A stretch of 64,000 nt of DNA from Clostridia bacterium (GCA_017416185.1 JAFQDF010000037.1:1-64000), one strand, 5' to 3'; shown: positions 27,360-37,569, counted from the stretch's first letter. The notes: a model not told the origin generated them from the letters alone. Translations and numbers: made by a program.

Positions 27360-27532
27360 TATTCTAATCCTCCTATTTGCAGTTGCCGGTTATCACCGGC
27401 TTGGTACCGGGGGTTAACCGGGCCCGGCCCGGAGCGAAACTGCGCACGTTTGCTCAGTGCGAACAAATCACACGGAACATCGAAGTCAGCTGCTCGACCT
27501 TTTGCCCTGTTCCTACCGATTGAGCGTGGAGA
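27360..27532 (-). promoter_or_regulatory. GC-rich, structured 173-nt intra-operon spacer between rpsZ and rpsH. It contains copy C of the ACAAATCACACG hairpin motif (27440-27475).
   Basis: This spacer is unusually long and GC-rich for an rpsZ-rpsH junction. It carries multiple inverted repeats (GCCGGTTATCACCGGC, CCGGGGGTTAACCGGGCCCGG). Confidence 0.4.
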
Positions 27533-27718
27533 TTACCACGATGCTTTACGAACTCCGGGAATTTCGCCCTTGTATGCAAGCTCTCTGAAGCAGATACGGC
27601 AGATGCCGTACTTGCGGAGATAAGCATGGGGACGACCGCAGATCTTACATCTGTTGTATTCTCTTGTAGAGAACTTCTGTGCCTTCTGCTGCTTTAATAC
27701 CATAGCCTTCTTAGCCAT
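27533..27718 (-). CDS. rpsZ: 30S ribosomal protein S14 type Z (zinc-binding, 61 aa)
   Basis: [12 protein letters not shown]...[23 protein letters not shown], with four Cys. Confidence 0.95.
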   Translation of the reverse strand: MAKKAMVLKQQKAQKFSTREYNRCKICGRPHAYLRKYGICRICFRELAYKGEIPGVRKASW

Positions 27719-27737
27719 TGTTTCGTCCTCCTTCTAA

Positions 27738-28277
27738 TTACTTTGCAAAGGGTGCGCCCATAAGTGTGAGAAGCTCTCTTGCTTCCTCATCTGTCTGAGC
27801 GGTTGTTACGAATGCGATATCCATACCACGGATCTTGTCGACCTTCTCGTACTCGATCTCGGGGAAGATAAGCTGTTCTTTCAGACCGAGAGAGTAGTTA
27901 CCTCTGCCGTCGAAAGCATTGGGGTTGATACCCTTGAAGTCACGTACACGGGGGAGAGAGAAGTTGAAGAGTCTATCCATAAACTCGTACATTCTTTCAC
28001 CTCTGAGTGTAACCTTTACGCCGATCTTCATACCCTCACGGAGCTTGAAGTTAGCGACGGACTTCTTTGCGTAGGTAGGAACTGCCTTCTGACCTGCGAT
28101 TGCAGAAATGTCAGCGATTACAGAGTCGATTGCCTTGGAGTTATCCTTAGCATCGCCTACACCTACGTTGATAACGATCTTATCAAACTTGGGGATCTGC
28201 ATAGTGCTCTTGTAGTTGAACTTCTTCATTAAGGCGGGAGCAACTTCAGCCTTGTACATATCGTTAAGTCTTGCCAT
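27738..28277 (-). CDS. rplE: 50S ribosomal protein L5
   Basis: [22 protein letters not shown]... Confidence 0.95.
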   Translation of the reverse strand: MARLNDMYKAEVAPALMKKFNYKSTMQIPKFDKIVINVGVGDAKDNSKAIDSVIADISAIAGQKAVPTYAKKSVANFKLREGMKIGVKVTLRGERMYEFMDRLFNFSLPRVRDFKGINPNAFDGRGNYSLGLKEQLIFPEIEYEKVDKIRGMDIAFVTTAQTDEEARELLTLMGAPFAK

Positions 28278-28292
28278 TACTATACCCTCCTA

Positions 28293-28607
28293 TTAAAGTT
28301 CCTTGCCGCACTTAGCGCAGACTCTTACTTTCTTACCGTCAACTACGTTGTACTTAGCGCGAACGCCCTTGCCGCACTTGTCGCAGTAAAGTGCAACCTT
28401 ATCGGCATAGATAGCGCCCTCAACCTTCATGATGCCGCCAGCTTCACCCTGCTTACGGGGCTTGGTGTGCTTGGAAACAACGTGAACGCCGTTAACGATT
28501 ACTTTTCCCTCTTTGGGAGATACTTCGACAACCTTGCCCTTCTTGCCCTTATCGTCACCGGAAAGAACAATGACGGTGTCGTCTCTCTTAACATGAACCT
28601 TATTCAT
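28293..28607 (-). CDS. rplX: 50S ribosomal protein L24, a variant with a C-terminal CxxC-x17-CxxC zinc-ribbon-like segment
   Basis: N-terminal KOW motif (VKRDDTVIVLSGDDKGKKGKV); C-terminal CDKCGKGVRAKYNVVDGKKVRVCAKCGKEL. Confidence 0.9.
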   Translation of the reverse strand: MNKVHVKRDDTVIVLSGDDKGKKGKVVEVSPKEGKVIVNGVHVVSKHTKPRKQGEAGGIMKVEGAIYADKVALYCDKCGKGVRAKYNVVDGKKVRVCAKCGKEL

Positions 28608-28619
28608 TGTAATTCCTCC

Positions 28620-28988
28620 TTAAAGTACTTCGGGTGCAAGTGAAAGGATCTTAAGATAGTCCTTATCACGGAGCTCTCTTGCCACGGGACCGAATACACG
28701 GGTACCGCGGGGTGTCTTGTCTTCTTTTATAATGATAGCTGCATTTTCGTCGAACTTGATGTAGGAACCGTCGTTACGCTTAACACCCTTAACCGTTCTT
28801 ACCACAACAGCCTTTACAACATCACCCTTCTTAACTGTACCGTTGGGTGCTGCCTTCTTAACTGATGCAACAATAACGTCACCGATGTTAGCGTAGCGTC
28901 TGCCTGTACCGCCAAGTACGCGAATGCACAATAATTCTTTGGCGCCGGTATTATCGGCAACCTTCATACGTGATTCTTGCTGTAACAC
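28620..28988 (-). CDS. rplN: 50S ribosomal protein L14
   Basis: [27 protein letters not shown]. Confidence 0.95.
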   Translation of the reverse strand: MLQQESRMKVADNTGAKELLCIRVLGGTGRRYANIGDVIVASVKKAAPNGTVKKGDVVKAVVVRTVKGVKRNDGSYIKFDENAAIIIKEDKTPRGTRVFGPVARELRDKDYLKILSLAPEVL

Positions 28989-29035
28989 TTCGTTATCCTC
29001 CTGTCAGTTACTATGATTTGGTAGCAACTTTTAGC

Positions 29036-29296
29036 TTACTTAGCTTTTTCAACGATGTTGACAAGTCTCCATCTCTTTGTCTTGGAAAGAGGTCTTGTCT
29101 CCATGATTGTAACTCTGTCACCGATGCCGCACTCGTTGTTCTCGTCATGTGCGTGAACCTTGAGTGTACGCTTCATTACCTTGCCGTACATAGGGTGCTT
29201 TACGTTGTCCTGAATAGCAACTACGATGGTCTTATCCATCTTGTCGCTTACAACCATACCTACTCTGGTCTTTCTGAGGTTACGTGTCATTTCCAT
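29036..29296 (-). CDS. rpsQ: 30S ribosomal protein S17
   Basis: ...[21 protein letters not shown]... Confidence 0.95.
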   Translation of the reverse strand: MEMTRNLRKTRVGMVVSDKMDKTIVVAIQDNVKHPMYGKVMKRTLKVHAHDENNECGIGDRVTIMETRPLSKTKRWRLVNIVEKAK

Positions 29297-29317
29297 TATT
29301 ATTTACCTCCTCTTTCC

Positions 29318-29506
29318 TTACGCGTTCTTCTCGTTGAGAAGAGTCATTACGCGAGCGATGTCTCTCTTGACATCAGCGATCTTGTGAGGATTGTCGAGCT
29401 GGTTGATAGCATGCTGGAAACGAAGGTTAAAAAGTTCTTCCTTGAGCTCACCGAGCTTCTTCTCGAGTGCTTCTGCGCTCATTTCTCTGAGTTCATTGAT
29501 CTTCAC
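29318..29506 (-). CDS. rpmC: 50S ribosomal protein L29
   Basis: [31 protein letters not shown]. Confidence 0.95.
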   Translation of the reverse strand: MKINELREMSAEALEKKLGELKEELFNLRFQHAINQLDNPHKIADVKRDIARVMTLLNEKNA

Positions 29507-29509
29507 TTT

Positions 29510-29932
29510 TTATGCCTCCTCTTCTACAGCTTTCATAACGAACTTACACTTGATGGGGAGCTTGTGCATAGCAAGACGCATAGCTTCCTTTGCTACCTCA
29601 GGTGCAACGCCGTCCATCTCAAACATTACTCTACCGGGCTTTACTACTGCTACCCAGTACTCGGGTGAACCCTTACCGGAACCCATTCGGGTCTCAGCAG
29701 GCTTCTCAGTGATAGGCTTGTCGGGGAATATCTTGATCCAAACGTTACCGCCACGGCGGATGTAACGTGTCATCGCGATACGGGCTGCCTCGATCTGGTT
29801 GCTGGTGATCCATGCGGGCTCAAGAGCAACGAGACCGTACTGACCGTAAGCAATCTCTGTGCCGCGGCTTGCCTTACCCTTAAGTCTGCCACGATGTACA
29901 CGTCTGTATTTAACTCTCTTAGGCATTAACAT
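29510..29932 (-). CDS. rplP: 50S ribosomal protein L16
   Basis: [19 protein letters not shown]. Confidence 0.95.
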   Translation of the reverse strand: MLMPKRVKYRRVHRGRLKGKASRGTEIAYGQYGLVALEPAWITSNQIEAARIAMTRYIRRGGNVWIKIFPDKPITEKPAETRMGSGKGSPEYWVAVVKPGRVMFEMDGVAPEVAKEAMRLAMHKLPIKCKFVMKAVEEEA

Positions 29933-30831
29933 TATTCGTTGCCTCCTTCCGCAGTTTCAGCAGCGGGTGCCTCCACGACGGGAGCTTCCTTCACGGGCTT
30001 CTTGTAACCGGGATTTCTGTTAGAGAAGTTACGAACTTCCTTCTTTTCATCGCGGTTAAAGCCTCTGCCGTTACCTCTGTTATTGTTGCGGAAATCTCTG
30101 TTTCCTCTGTCATTGTTTCTGTTATCTCTACGGTCACCGCGACGTCTGTTGTCTCTTCTGTCGCCGTTCTCAGTGCTGTTTCTTCTGGTTCTGTTAGCAG
30201 ACTCAGCAAGAACCTCGCCCTTGTAGATCCATACCTTGATACCGATCTTACCGTAGGTTGTATTTGCTTCATAGAAACCGTAGTCTATGTCAGCACGGAT
30301 GGTCTGAAGCGGAATAGTACCTTCGTGGTAGTGCTCACAACGTGCGATTTCAGCTCCTGCAAGACGTCCGGAAAGGGAGATCTTGATACCCTTTGCACCG
30401 AGACGCATAGTTCTGCCGATAGACTGCTTCATAGCACGACGGAACGCAACTCTGCGCTCAAGCTGACCTGCGATGTTCTCAGCAACGAGCTGAGCGTTGA
30501 GGTCGGGAGTCTTAACTTCTACTACGTTAACTACTACAGGCTTACCAACCTTAGCCTCAAGGGTCTCCTTGAGCTTGGTGATCTCAGAACCGCCGCGACC
30601 GATGATCATACCGGGCTTAGCGCAGTGAATGAATACTCTTACACGTTCATTGTCACGTTCGATCTCGATCTTGGGAACGCCTGCCTCTTTCAGAGAATCC
30701 TTCAGATACTTTCTGAGATTGTAGTCGGATACCAGTGTATCGCCGAACACTTCGTCCTTAGCGAACCATCTGGAATCCCAATCTTTGATTACGCCAACAC
30801 GTAAACCGTGCGGATTAACTTTCTGACCCAT
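29932..30831 (-). CDS. rpsC: 30S ribosomal protein S3 with a ~75-aa Arg/Asn/Asp-rich low-complexity C-terminal extension
   Basis: [18 protein letters not shown]... followed by [52 protein letters not shown]... It is 299 aa against a usual ~220. Confidence 0.95.
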   Translation of the reverse strand: MGQKVNPHGLRVGVIKDWDSRWFAKDEVFGDTLVSDYNLRKYLKDSLKEAGVPKIEIERDNERVRVFIHCAKPGMIIGRGGSEITKLKETLEAKVGKPVVVNVVEVKTPDLNAQLVAENIAGQLERRVAFRRAMKQSIGRTMRLGAKGIKISLSGRLAGAEIARCEHYHEGTIPLQTIRADIDYGFYEANTTYGKIGIKVWIYKGEVLAESANRTRRNSTENGDRRDNRRRGDRRDNRNNDRGNRDFRNNNRGNGRGFNRDEKKEVRNFSNRNPGYKKPVKEAPVVEAPAAETAEGGNE

Positions 30832-30848
30832 TAGGTAATGCCTCCTTC

Positions 30849-31184
30849 TTACTCTTTTTCCTTGACAACTATTGTCATATGGCTGGTTCTCTTTAAGATC
30901 CTGTCACCGCGTCCCTTTGCTCTGGGCATCATACGCTTGAGTGTGGGGCCGGGGCATACGAAGCACTCAGAAACATAGAGATTCTTCGCATCCATATTGA
31001 AGTTGTGTTCGGCATTAGCTACAGCACTCTTGAGAAGCTTGATAAGATACTCAGATGCTGCCTTGGGTGTGTTCTTAAGAATTGCCATTGCTGTGTCAGT
31101 GTCTTTACCCCTGATCAGATCGAGAACGATCTGCACCTTGCGGGGAGAAATTCTGGCATATTTAAGATAAGCTCTTGCTTCCAT
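30849..31184 (-). CDS. rplV: 50S ribosomal protein L22
   Basis: [27 protein letters not shown]. Confidence 0.95.
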   Translation of the reverse strand: MEARAYLKYARISPRKVQIVLDLIRGKDTDTAMAILKNTPKAASEYLIKLLKSAVANAEHNFNMDAKNLYVSECFVCPGPTLKRMMPRAKGRGDRILKRTSHMTIVVKEKE

Positions 31185-31204
31185 TATTATATCCTCCCTA
31201 CAAA

Positions 31205-31486
31205 TTACTTACCGTTGTTGCTGGTCTTGGAACCTGCGTGACCGCGGTATGTTCTGGTGGGTGCAAATTCACCGAGCTTGTGTCCTACCATGTCCTCTGT
31301 AACGTATACGGGAACATGCTTTCTGCCGTCATGTACGGCGATTGTGTGTCCAACGAACTCCGGGAATATGGTGGAAGCTCTGGACCATGTTTTGAGGACT
31401 TTCTTTTCGTTTGCATCATTCATTGCGCACACGCGCTCAAAAAGCTTTGCTTCGACGAAAGGTCCCTTCTTTAAGCTTCTGCTCAT
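31205..31486 (-). CDS. rpsS: 30S ribosomal protein S19
   Basis: [15 protein letters not shown]... Confidence 0.95.
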   Translation of the reverse strand: MSRSLKKGPFVEAKLFERVCAMNDANEKKVLKTWSRASTIFPEFVGHTIAVHDGRKHVPVYVTEDMVGHKLGEFAPTRTYRGHAGSKTSNNGK

Positions 31487-31501
31487 TACTTCGCTTCCTC
31501 C

Positions 31502-32332
31502 TTATTTACCGTTTCTGTGTTTTACGATCATCTTCTCGGTACGAGCCTTCTTGTTTCTTGTCTTGTAACCGAGAGCGGGCTTGCCCCAAGGTGTAACAGG
31601 TGCGGGTCTACCGATGGGAGACTTACCTTCACCACCACCGTGAGGGTGGTCGCAGGGGTTCATTACGGAACCGCGTACTGTGGGACGGATACCCATATGG
31701 CGCTTCTTACCTGCCTTACCGATCTTAACGGTATCATGCTCGATGTTACCGATCTGACCGATTGTTGCCTTACAGTCAAGGCGAACAAGTCTTACCTCGC
31801 CGGAGGGAAGTCTTACCTGAGCCATTCCGTTTTCCTTTGCCATCAGCTGAGCTGCAGCACCTGCACTACGTACAAGCTGACCGCCCTTACCGGGGTAAAG
31901 CTCGATGTTGTTGATAAAGGTACCGGTAGGAATGTTTGCGATAGGAAGTGTGTTACCGGGCTTGATATCGGCGTCAGCACCTGTGTAAAGGGTGTCGCCT
32001 GCAGTTACACCGTCGGGAGCAATGATGTAGCTCTTCTTACCTTCTGCATTTTCGAGAAGTGCGATGTAAGCTGTTCTGTTGGGGTCGTACTCGATACCGA
32101 TTACCTTTGCGGAACCCTCGTAGTTACGCTTGAAATCGATGATTCTGTACTTCTTCTTGTTACCGCCGCCCTGGTGACGAACGGTGATTCTGCCGTAGCT
32201 GTTACGTCCGGCATTCTTCTTTAAGATCTTTACTAAGCTCTTTTCGGGCGAGAACTTTGTTATCTCCGCAAAAGACGGTACAGACATATTTCTTCTCGCC
32301 GGAGTAGTAGGCTTATACTTCTTAGCTGCCAT
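31502..32332 (-). CDS. rplB: 50S ribosomal protein L2
   Basis: [18 protein letters not shown]... Confidence 0.95.
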   Translation of the reverse strand: MAAKKYKPTTPARRNMSVPSFAEITKFSPEKSLVKILKKNAGRNSYGRITVRHQGGGNKKKYRIIDFKRNYEGSAKVIGIEYDPNRTAYIALLENAEGKKSYIIAPDGVTAGDTLYTGADADIKPGNTLPIANIPTGTFINNIELYPGKGGQLVRSAGAAAQLMAKENGMAQVRLPSGEVRLVRLDCKATIGQIGNIEHDTVKIGKAGKKRHMGIRPTVRGSVMNPCDHPHGGGEGKSPIGRPAPVTPWGKPALGYKTRNKKARTEKMIVKHRNGK

Positions 32333-32350
32333 TATTCAGTCCTCCTTTGA

Positions 32351-32644
32351 TTACATCATACCGTCGAAGAACTCGATGGTCTTGGAGTCGGGCTTAAGTG
32401 TTACTAATGCCTTCTTCCACTCTGCAGTACGACCTGCAGGACGAGCGCCGAGTCTCTTGGGCTTAGACTTACAGTTGATGGTGTTTACCTTAGCAACCTC
32501 AACCTTGAATACCTTTTCAACCGCCTCAGCGATCATGGGCTTGGTTGCGTTCTTTGCTACCTTGAAGGTGTACTTCTTGTCAGCTACCATCTCCATAGAA
32601 TGCTCTGTGATGATGGGCTTGATGATTACATCATAATTGTTCAT
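32351..32644 (-). CDS. rplW: 50S ribosomal protein L23
   Basis: MNNYDVIIKPIITEHSM. Confidence 0.95.
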   Translation of the reverse strand: MNNYDVIIKPIITEHSMEMVADKKYTFKVAKNATKPMIAEAVEKVFKVEVAKVNTINCKSKPKRLGARPAGRTAEWKKALVTLKPDSKTIEFFDGMM

Positions 32645-33264
32645 GCGTATACCTCCTCGATCTTCTCTACTGCTGCCTTAGCGCATACGAAAGAGCCTGC
32701 ATTGAGAATGTCGTATACATTAAGTGTGTTAACATATGCAACCTTAACGCCGGGAATGTTGCTGAGAGATGCAACAACCTTTTCGTCCTTCTCTGCGAGA
32801 ACAACAAGAGACTTCTTAGCAGCACCGACAGCGGTAAGCATATTTGCCATAACCTTAGTCTTGTACTCGGTTGCAGCGATGCTGTCGATTACTATCATGT
32901 TTTCTGTAGCTACCTTGTCGGAGAGAGCACTCTTCATAGCGATTCTCTTAACCTTCTTGTTCATAGAGATGCGGTAGCTTCTGGGCTTAGGACCGAGAGC
33001 CACACCACCGTGTGTCCACTGGGGTGCTCTGGTGGAACCCTGTCTTGCACGGCCTGTACCCTTCTGTCTCCAGGGCTTCTTACCGCCGCCGGAAACCTCG
33101 GTACGTGTCAGAGTAGACTGTGTACCCTGTCTCTGGTTTGCAAGATACTGCTTAACTGCGGCGTGGAGAACTGCGGTATTGACCTCCTGTGCAAATACTG
33201 CATCAGAAACTGTCATTTCGCCGACACCCTTGCCGGTCATATCAACAACCTTCAGATTTGCCAT
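32641..33264 (-). CDS. rplD: 50S ribosomal protein L4
   Basis: MANLKVVDMTGKGVGEMTV... Confidence 0.95.
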   Translation of the reverse strand: MANLKVVDMTGKGVGEMTVSDAVFAQEVNTAVLHAAVKQYLANQRQGTQSTLTRTEVSGGGKKPWRQKGTGRARQGSTRAPQWTHGGVALGPKPRSYRISMNKKVKRIAMKSALSDKVATENMIVIDSIAATEYKTKVMANMLTAVGAAKKSLVVLAEKDEKVVASLSNIPGVKVAYVNTLNVYDILNAGSFVCAKAAVEKIEEVYA

Positions 33265-33283
33265 TGTGTTTTCCTCCTTCCGC

Positions 33284-33916
33284 TTATGCCTTTACGCTGT
33301 TGCGGAGATAAACGATGCTGTTCTTAGCGCCGGGAATAGCACCCTTGATAGCGATAAGATTCTTTTCAGCATCTACGCGAACAACGTCAAGATTTAAAAC
33401 TGTAACCTTTTCGTTACCCCACTGACCAGCCATCTTCTTGTTCTTGAAGATTCTGGAGGGGCTGGAGCATGCACCCATGGAACCGGGCTGTCTGTGAACA
33501 GGACCGCCACCGTGAGTATTTCTGAGTATGTGTGCTCCCCATCTCTTAACAGCACCGCAGTAACCGTGACCCTTTGTGGTACCTGTTACGTCGATCTTTT
33601 CGCCTGCTGCGAAAGTATCTGCTGTAAGAGTGTCGCCTACGTTAAGTGCAGAGCAATCCTCGAGTCTGAACTCCTTGAGGTACTTCATACAAGCAACGTT
33701 TGCCTTCTTGAACTGGCCCTGCTGAGCCTTGTTGAGCTTCTTCTCAACTACGGTCTCGAAGCCAACCTTGATTGCTTCGTAGCCGTCATTTTCAACTGTC
33801 TTCTTCTGCACAACCACGCAAGGGCCTGCTTCAACAACAGTTACGGGAATTACGTTTCCCACTTCGTCGAAGATCTGGGTCATACCGATCTTCTTAGCAA
33901 TAATGCCTTTCTTCAT
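33284..33916 (-). CDS. rplC: 50S ribosomal protein L3
   Basis: [18 protein letters not shown]. Confidence 0.95.
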   Translation of the reverse strand: MKKGIIAKKIGMTQIFDEVGNVIPVTVVEAGPCVVVQKKTVENDGYEAIKVGFETVVEKKLNKAQQGQFKKANVACMKYLKEFRLEDCSALNVGDTLTADTFAAGEKIDVTGTTKGHGYCGAVKRWGAHILRNTHGGGPVHRQPGSMGACSSPSRIFKNKKMAGQWGNEKVTVLNLDVVRVDAEKNLIAIKGAIPGAKNSIVYLRNSVKA

Positions 33917-34076
33917 TTTGTTTTCCTCCTGTTTTAGGTTATTGGTTGCTCTTTTCTTCTAATGTAAGAAAGCGGAGCAACGTGACGTAAAACTTCACCT
34001 CGGTGAATAGTTAATTCAGATCCCGGCAGTGTGCGTCACTTACGCACTTACCGAGAAGCTTACCTTAATTAATAAA

Positions 34077-34388
34077 TTAAAGCTTAACTTCGATTTCAAC
34101 GCCGGCGGGAAGTTCGAGACTCATAATAGCGTCTGCTGCAGCCTTAGAGGGCTTGATCACGTCGATAAGTCTCTTGTGTGTTCTCATTTCAAACTGCTCA
34201 CGGCTGTCCTTGTACTTGTGAACTGCACGAAGGATAGTAACTATCTCCTTCTCAGTGGGAAGCGGAATGGGACCGGAAACTGCCGCACCGTTTCTCTTTG
34301 CAGTCTCAACAATCTTGGCTGCTGCCGCATCGATCAGAGTATGATCGTAGCTTCTGAGTCTGATTCTGAGCTTTTCATTAACTGCCAC
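34077..34388 (-). CDS. rpsJ: 30S ribosomal protein S10
   Basis: ...[38 protein letters not shown]... Confidence 0.95.
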   Translation of the reverse strand: MAVNEKLRIRLRSYDHTLIDAAAAKIVETAKRNGAAVSGPIPLPTEKEIVTILRAVHKYKDSREQFEMRTHKRLIDVIKPSKAAADAIMSLELPAGVEIEVKL

Positions 34389-34644
34389 TTGGTTTGCCTC
34401 CTAAAAAAATATTTTGGCCGGAAGGCGAGAATTGGTCTACACCCTGCCGGGTGTTTCTTGCTCCCACGAAATTAAAACGGAAATTTGCTATGCAAATTCC
34501 GACATAATCCACATCATAACAGGTGAGATCTGCTATGCAGAAGCGCCAACTCTTTGCGCCCGATTGGAGATCGGACATACTCCACGGTAATTCCCTTACT
34601 CACAGGTAAGCCACCTACCGCTTCATCGCACATCAAGCTTGACC

Positions 34645-34673
34645 ATTGTATCATACTATTTATACAATTGCAA
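34645..34673 (-). promoter_or_regulatory. Candidate sigma-A promoter of the S10 operon (TTGCAA, 17-nt spacer, TACAAT on the minus strand). It implies a ~250-nt leader upstream of rpsJ.
   Basis: Hexamers read from the reverse-complemented sequence. Confidence 0.35.
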
Positions 34674-34869
34674 TATCTCTTTTCAGAATTTACAATTTAT
34701 TAATATCAAACATCACCTTTATTAATTTATGAGCTCGAATTTCAAATATATATGTAGAGTTTTATTGAATTTTAGCAATCTTTAGCGTTTCTTAACCGCT
34801 TTTTGATTGACAGTTCTGTATAAATGTGGTAAATTGATAATAGTTTTATATCCTAAGGAGGCAAACAAA

Positions 34870-35112
34870 ATGAAATCTACCGGTGTAGTAAGAAAAGTTG
34901 ATGAATTGGGACGTATAGTTCTCCCCATTGAAATCAGAAACAATATGGATATCAAGAGTCGTGATGCGGTTGAGATATTTGTTGACGGTGACAAAATCAT
35001 ACTAAAGAAATATGAACCTGCATGTCTCTTCTGCGGTAATGCGTCTGATGTTGAGCATTTCAACGGAAAGCTTATCTGCCGTGAATGCCTTGACAAGCTC
35101 AGAAATCTGTGA
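34870..35112 (+). CDS. AbrB/MazE/SpoVT-family transcriptional regulator with a C-terminal CxxC...CxxC zinc-ribbon-like tail
   Basis: MKSTGVVRKVDELGRIVLPIEIRNNMDIKSRDAVEIF is a swapped-hairpin AbrB N-domain. It has an AAGGAGG RBS. C-terminus CLFCGN...CRECLDKL. The ORF-track start at 34807 is upstream of the RBS. Confidence 0.8.
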   Translation: MKSTGVVRKVDELGRIVLPIEIRNNMDIKSRDAVEIFVDGDKIILKKYEPACLFCGNASDVEHFNGKLICRECLDKLRNL

Positions 35113-35157
35113 CATAATGATTGCGTACTACGGTACGCAATTTTTTCTTTTGGCGGA

Positions 35158-35595
35158 ATGATTATGAATATACTGATAAGCGCATGTTTATGTGGATGTA
35201 CCTGTCGTTATGACGGTAAGAATAAAAACAGCATAGACCTGTCTAAACTCGACGGTCATAACCTTTTCCCGGTTTGTCCTGAGGTCGACGGTGGACTCAG
35301 CATTCCAAGAGCTCCTGCCGAGCGTGTCGGCCCCTATATAATAACTAATGAAGGAAACGATGTAACCGAGCAATATAAAAGAGGTGCCGAAATCGCCCTA
35401 AAAACGGCTCTTGAGAACGGTTGTACCGTTGCTATACTCAAAGCAAGAAGTCCATCCTGCGGTAAAGGTGAGATATATGACGGAAGCTTCACACATACCG
35501 TCATCGAGGGAAACGGTGTTACAACAGAGCTTCTTGAAGCTAACAGAATAAAGGTTTTTACCGAAAAAGACTTCGACACATCCAATCTATTTTGA
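35158..35595 (+). CDS. DUF523 family protein (YbbK/TudS-like, predicted Fe-S 2-thiouracil desulfidase family)
   Basis: ISACLCGCTCRYDG has the family-typical Cys cluster. 145 aa. Confidence 0.65.
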   Translation: MIMNILISACLCGCTCRYDGKNKNSIDLSKLDGHNLFPVCPEVDGGLSIPRAPAERVGPYIITNEGNDVTEQYKRGAEIALKTALENGCTVAILKARSPSCGKGEIYDGSFTHTVIEGNGVTTELLEANRIKVFTEKDFDTSNLF

Positions 35596-35736
35596 TATAT
35601 ATCATTTGAGACGGCATATGTATTACCTATAGTATGTGAATTTGATTACGATCTTAGGCAATACATATGTCGTTATTTATATTTTATAAGACAATATTCA
35701 AGCTGATATTAAAAAAGCCTTTCATAAGAAAGGCTT

Positions 35737-36519
35737 TTAATATTTTTCTATATCTACCTTGAATACATTATCTCCGACGGGCATTTCAAGGAAGGTACTT
35801 GCAGCAGCTTTAAAAGAATCTACATCATCGCTGACATAATATTCTACTCTTCCCTCTCCACCCTTTGCACCTATTTCCTTAAACAGACGTACTGCAGATT
35901 CAGCACCAGTGTTAATAAGCTCTACACCGGGAAGGACCTTTGAAATGACCGGCGCAATAATGGGATAGTGGGTACAACCGAGAATAACGGTGTCAGCACC
36001 GAATTTCTTTATGTCCGCAAGATATTTTTCTGCGGTAAGATACGCAATTTGATCATCAGGATCCGTAAATCCATTTTCCACAAGAGGAACAAATAAAGGG
36101 CAAGGTGTCGACACAGTTTTAATATCTCCACGTATACGCTTAATATGCTCCACGTATGCGTTGCTTTTTACGGTAGCGTTAGTACCAATGATACCAACCT
36201 TACCGTTACGGGTAAATTCGCAAGCCTTTTCGGCAGCTGCCTCCACCACACCGTAAATCGGCACATCAAAGGTTTGCCTTAACACCGTCAAAGCATTAGC
36301 ACTAACAGTGCCGCAAGCAATAAGGATCGCATCCACCTTTTTAGATAAGAGGAAACGGACATCCTGACAGGCATATTTAATTATAGTATCCTTTGATCTG
36401 GTGCCGTAGGGAACTCTTCCGGTATCACCAAAATATACTATATCCTCATTCGGCATCATACTGACTATCTGCTTAATGGCAGTAAGTCCGCCCATTCCGC
36501 TGTCGAATACGCCAATCAT
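35737..36519 (-). CDS. murI: Glutamate racemase
   Basis: MIGVFDSGMGGLTAIKQIVSMMPNEDIVYFGDTGRVPYG. Confidence 0.9.
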   Translation of the reverse strand: MIGVFDSGMGGLTAIKQIVSMMPNEDIVYFGDTGRVPYGTRSKDTIIKYACQDVRFLLSKKVDAILIACGTVSANALTVLRQTFDVPIYGVVEAAAEKACEFTRNGKVGIIGTNATVKSNAYVEHIKRIRGDIKTVSTPCPLFVPLVENGFTDPDDQIAYLTAEKYLADIKKFGADTVILGCTHYPIIAPVISKVLPGVELINTGAESAVRLFKEIGAKGGEGRVEYYVSDDVDSFKAAASTFLEMPVGDNVFKVDIEKY

Positions 36520-36521
36520 TA

Positions 36522-37562
36522 TTAATGTCCTTTCCTGTACGCTAACTCAACAATCTTTTCGCAAAGCTCGTTATAACCGATTCCTACAGCCGCCGCCTCC
36601 TGAGGCATAAGACTGTTGGGAGTCATACCGGGAAGCGTATTTGCCTCAAGGCAGTAAAACTCACCATCCTCGCGGTTGAGAAGAAAATCAACTCTGCTAT
36701 AATCTCCAAGTCCCAGACAGTTATGTACTTCGAGAGCAAGCCTTGAAATGCGTGCTGTTTGAATTTCACTTATTTCTGCCGGAGTCACCTCTTTGGTGGT
36801 TCCCTGATATTTATTTTTATAGTCATACCACCCATCAGTAGGAATGATCTCTATAGGAGGAAGAGCGGTGCCGTCAAGAACAGCGACAGAAAATTCTCTG
36901 CCTTCGATTTTCTTTTCTATGACTATTTTGTTTTCATATTTCTTTGCATAATCGAGCGCCTCGGTAAGCTCCGCCTCGTTATCAACTATGGAAACTCCGA
37001 CACTTGATCCACAGGCTGCGGGTTTTACCACACAAGGATACCCTATCTCCTCTCCCACACGGCTGATTTCATCTGTGTCAACATTATACAGGATCCATTC
37101 TGCGTTGGGTATTCCGGATGTTGTCATTATCTGCTTTGAGATAGCCTTATCCATAGCGAGAAGACTGCCTACATAACCGCTTCCTGTATAGCACTTGATA
37201 CCGTAATTATCAAGAGTAGCCTGAAGAGAACCGTTTTCGCCCATTGCTCCGTGGAGTGCCAGAAAAACAACGTCGGCATATGCACAAACACCAAGCACGT
37301 TTTCACCGATAAGTGCATCCCTTCCTCCGTTTTCAGCCTTTACCGCTTCAAGATCAGGCTCTGTAGATTCTATTTTATATGAGTGGTCAGACTTTGCGGT
37401 AAACAGCTTTGAGTAATCACCGTCGGACTCAACACCCTTATATACGTCACAAAGAAGAACTTTATGTCCATTCTGAACCAATGCATTTGCTATAAGACTT
37501 CCCGATACCAGAGATACGTCTCTTTCAGGACTGAGTCCTCCTGCTAAAACTACTATATTCAT
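36522..37562 (-). CDS. ddl: D-alanine--D-alanine ligase
   Basis: MNIVVLAGGLSPERDVSLVSGSLIANAL... with an ATP-grasp fold. Confidence 0.9.
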   Translation of the reverse strand: MNIVVLAGGLSPERDVSLVSGSLIANALVQNGHKVLLCDVYKGVESDGDYSKLFTAKSDHSYKIESTEPDLEAVKAENGGRDALIGENVLGVCAYADVVFLALHGAMGENGSLQATLDNYGIKCYTGSGYVGSLLAMDKAISKQIMTTSGIPNAEWILYNVDTDEISRVGEEIGYPCVVKPAACGSSVGVSIVDNEAELTEALDYAKKYENKIVIEKKIEGREFSVAVLDGTALPPIEIIPTDGWYDYKNKYQGTTKEVTPAEISEIQTARISRLALEVHNCLGLGDYSRVDFLLNREDGEFYCLEANTLPGMTPNSLMPQEAAAVGIGYNELCEKIVELAYRKGH

Positions 37563-37569
37563 ATGTAAA

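Noticed and set aside
35613-35671. 15-bp imperfect inverted repeat (GGCATATGTATTACC ... GGCAATACATATGTC) with a 29-nt loop, downstream of the DUF523 gene
   Set aside because: It has two mismatches and a large loop and occurs once. It may be a weak terminator or a binding site, but the evidence is too thin to call it a feature.
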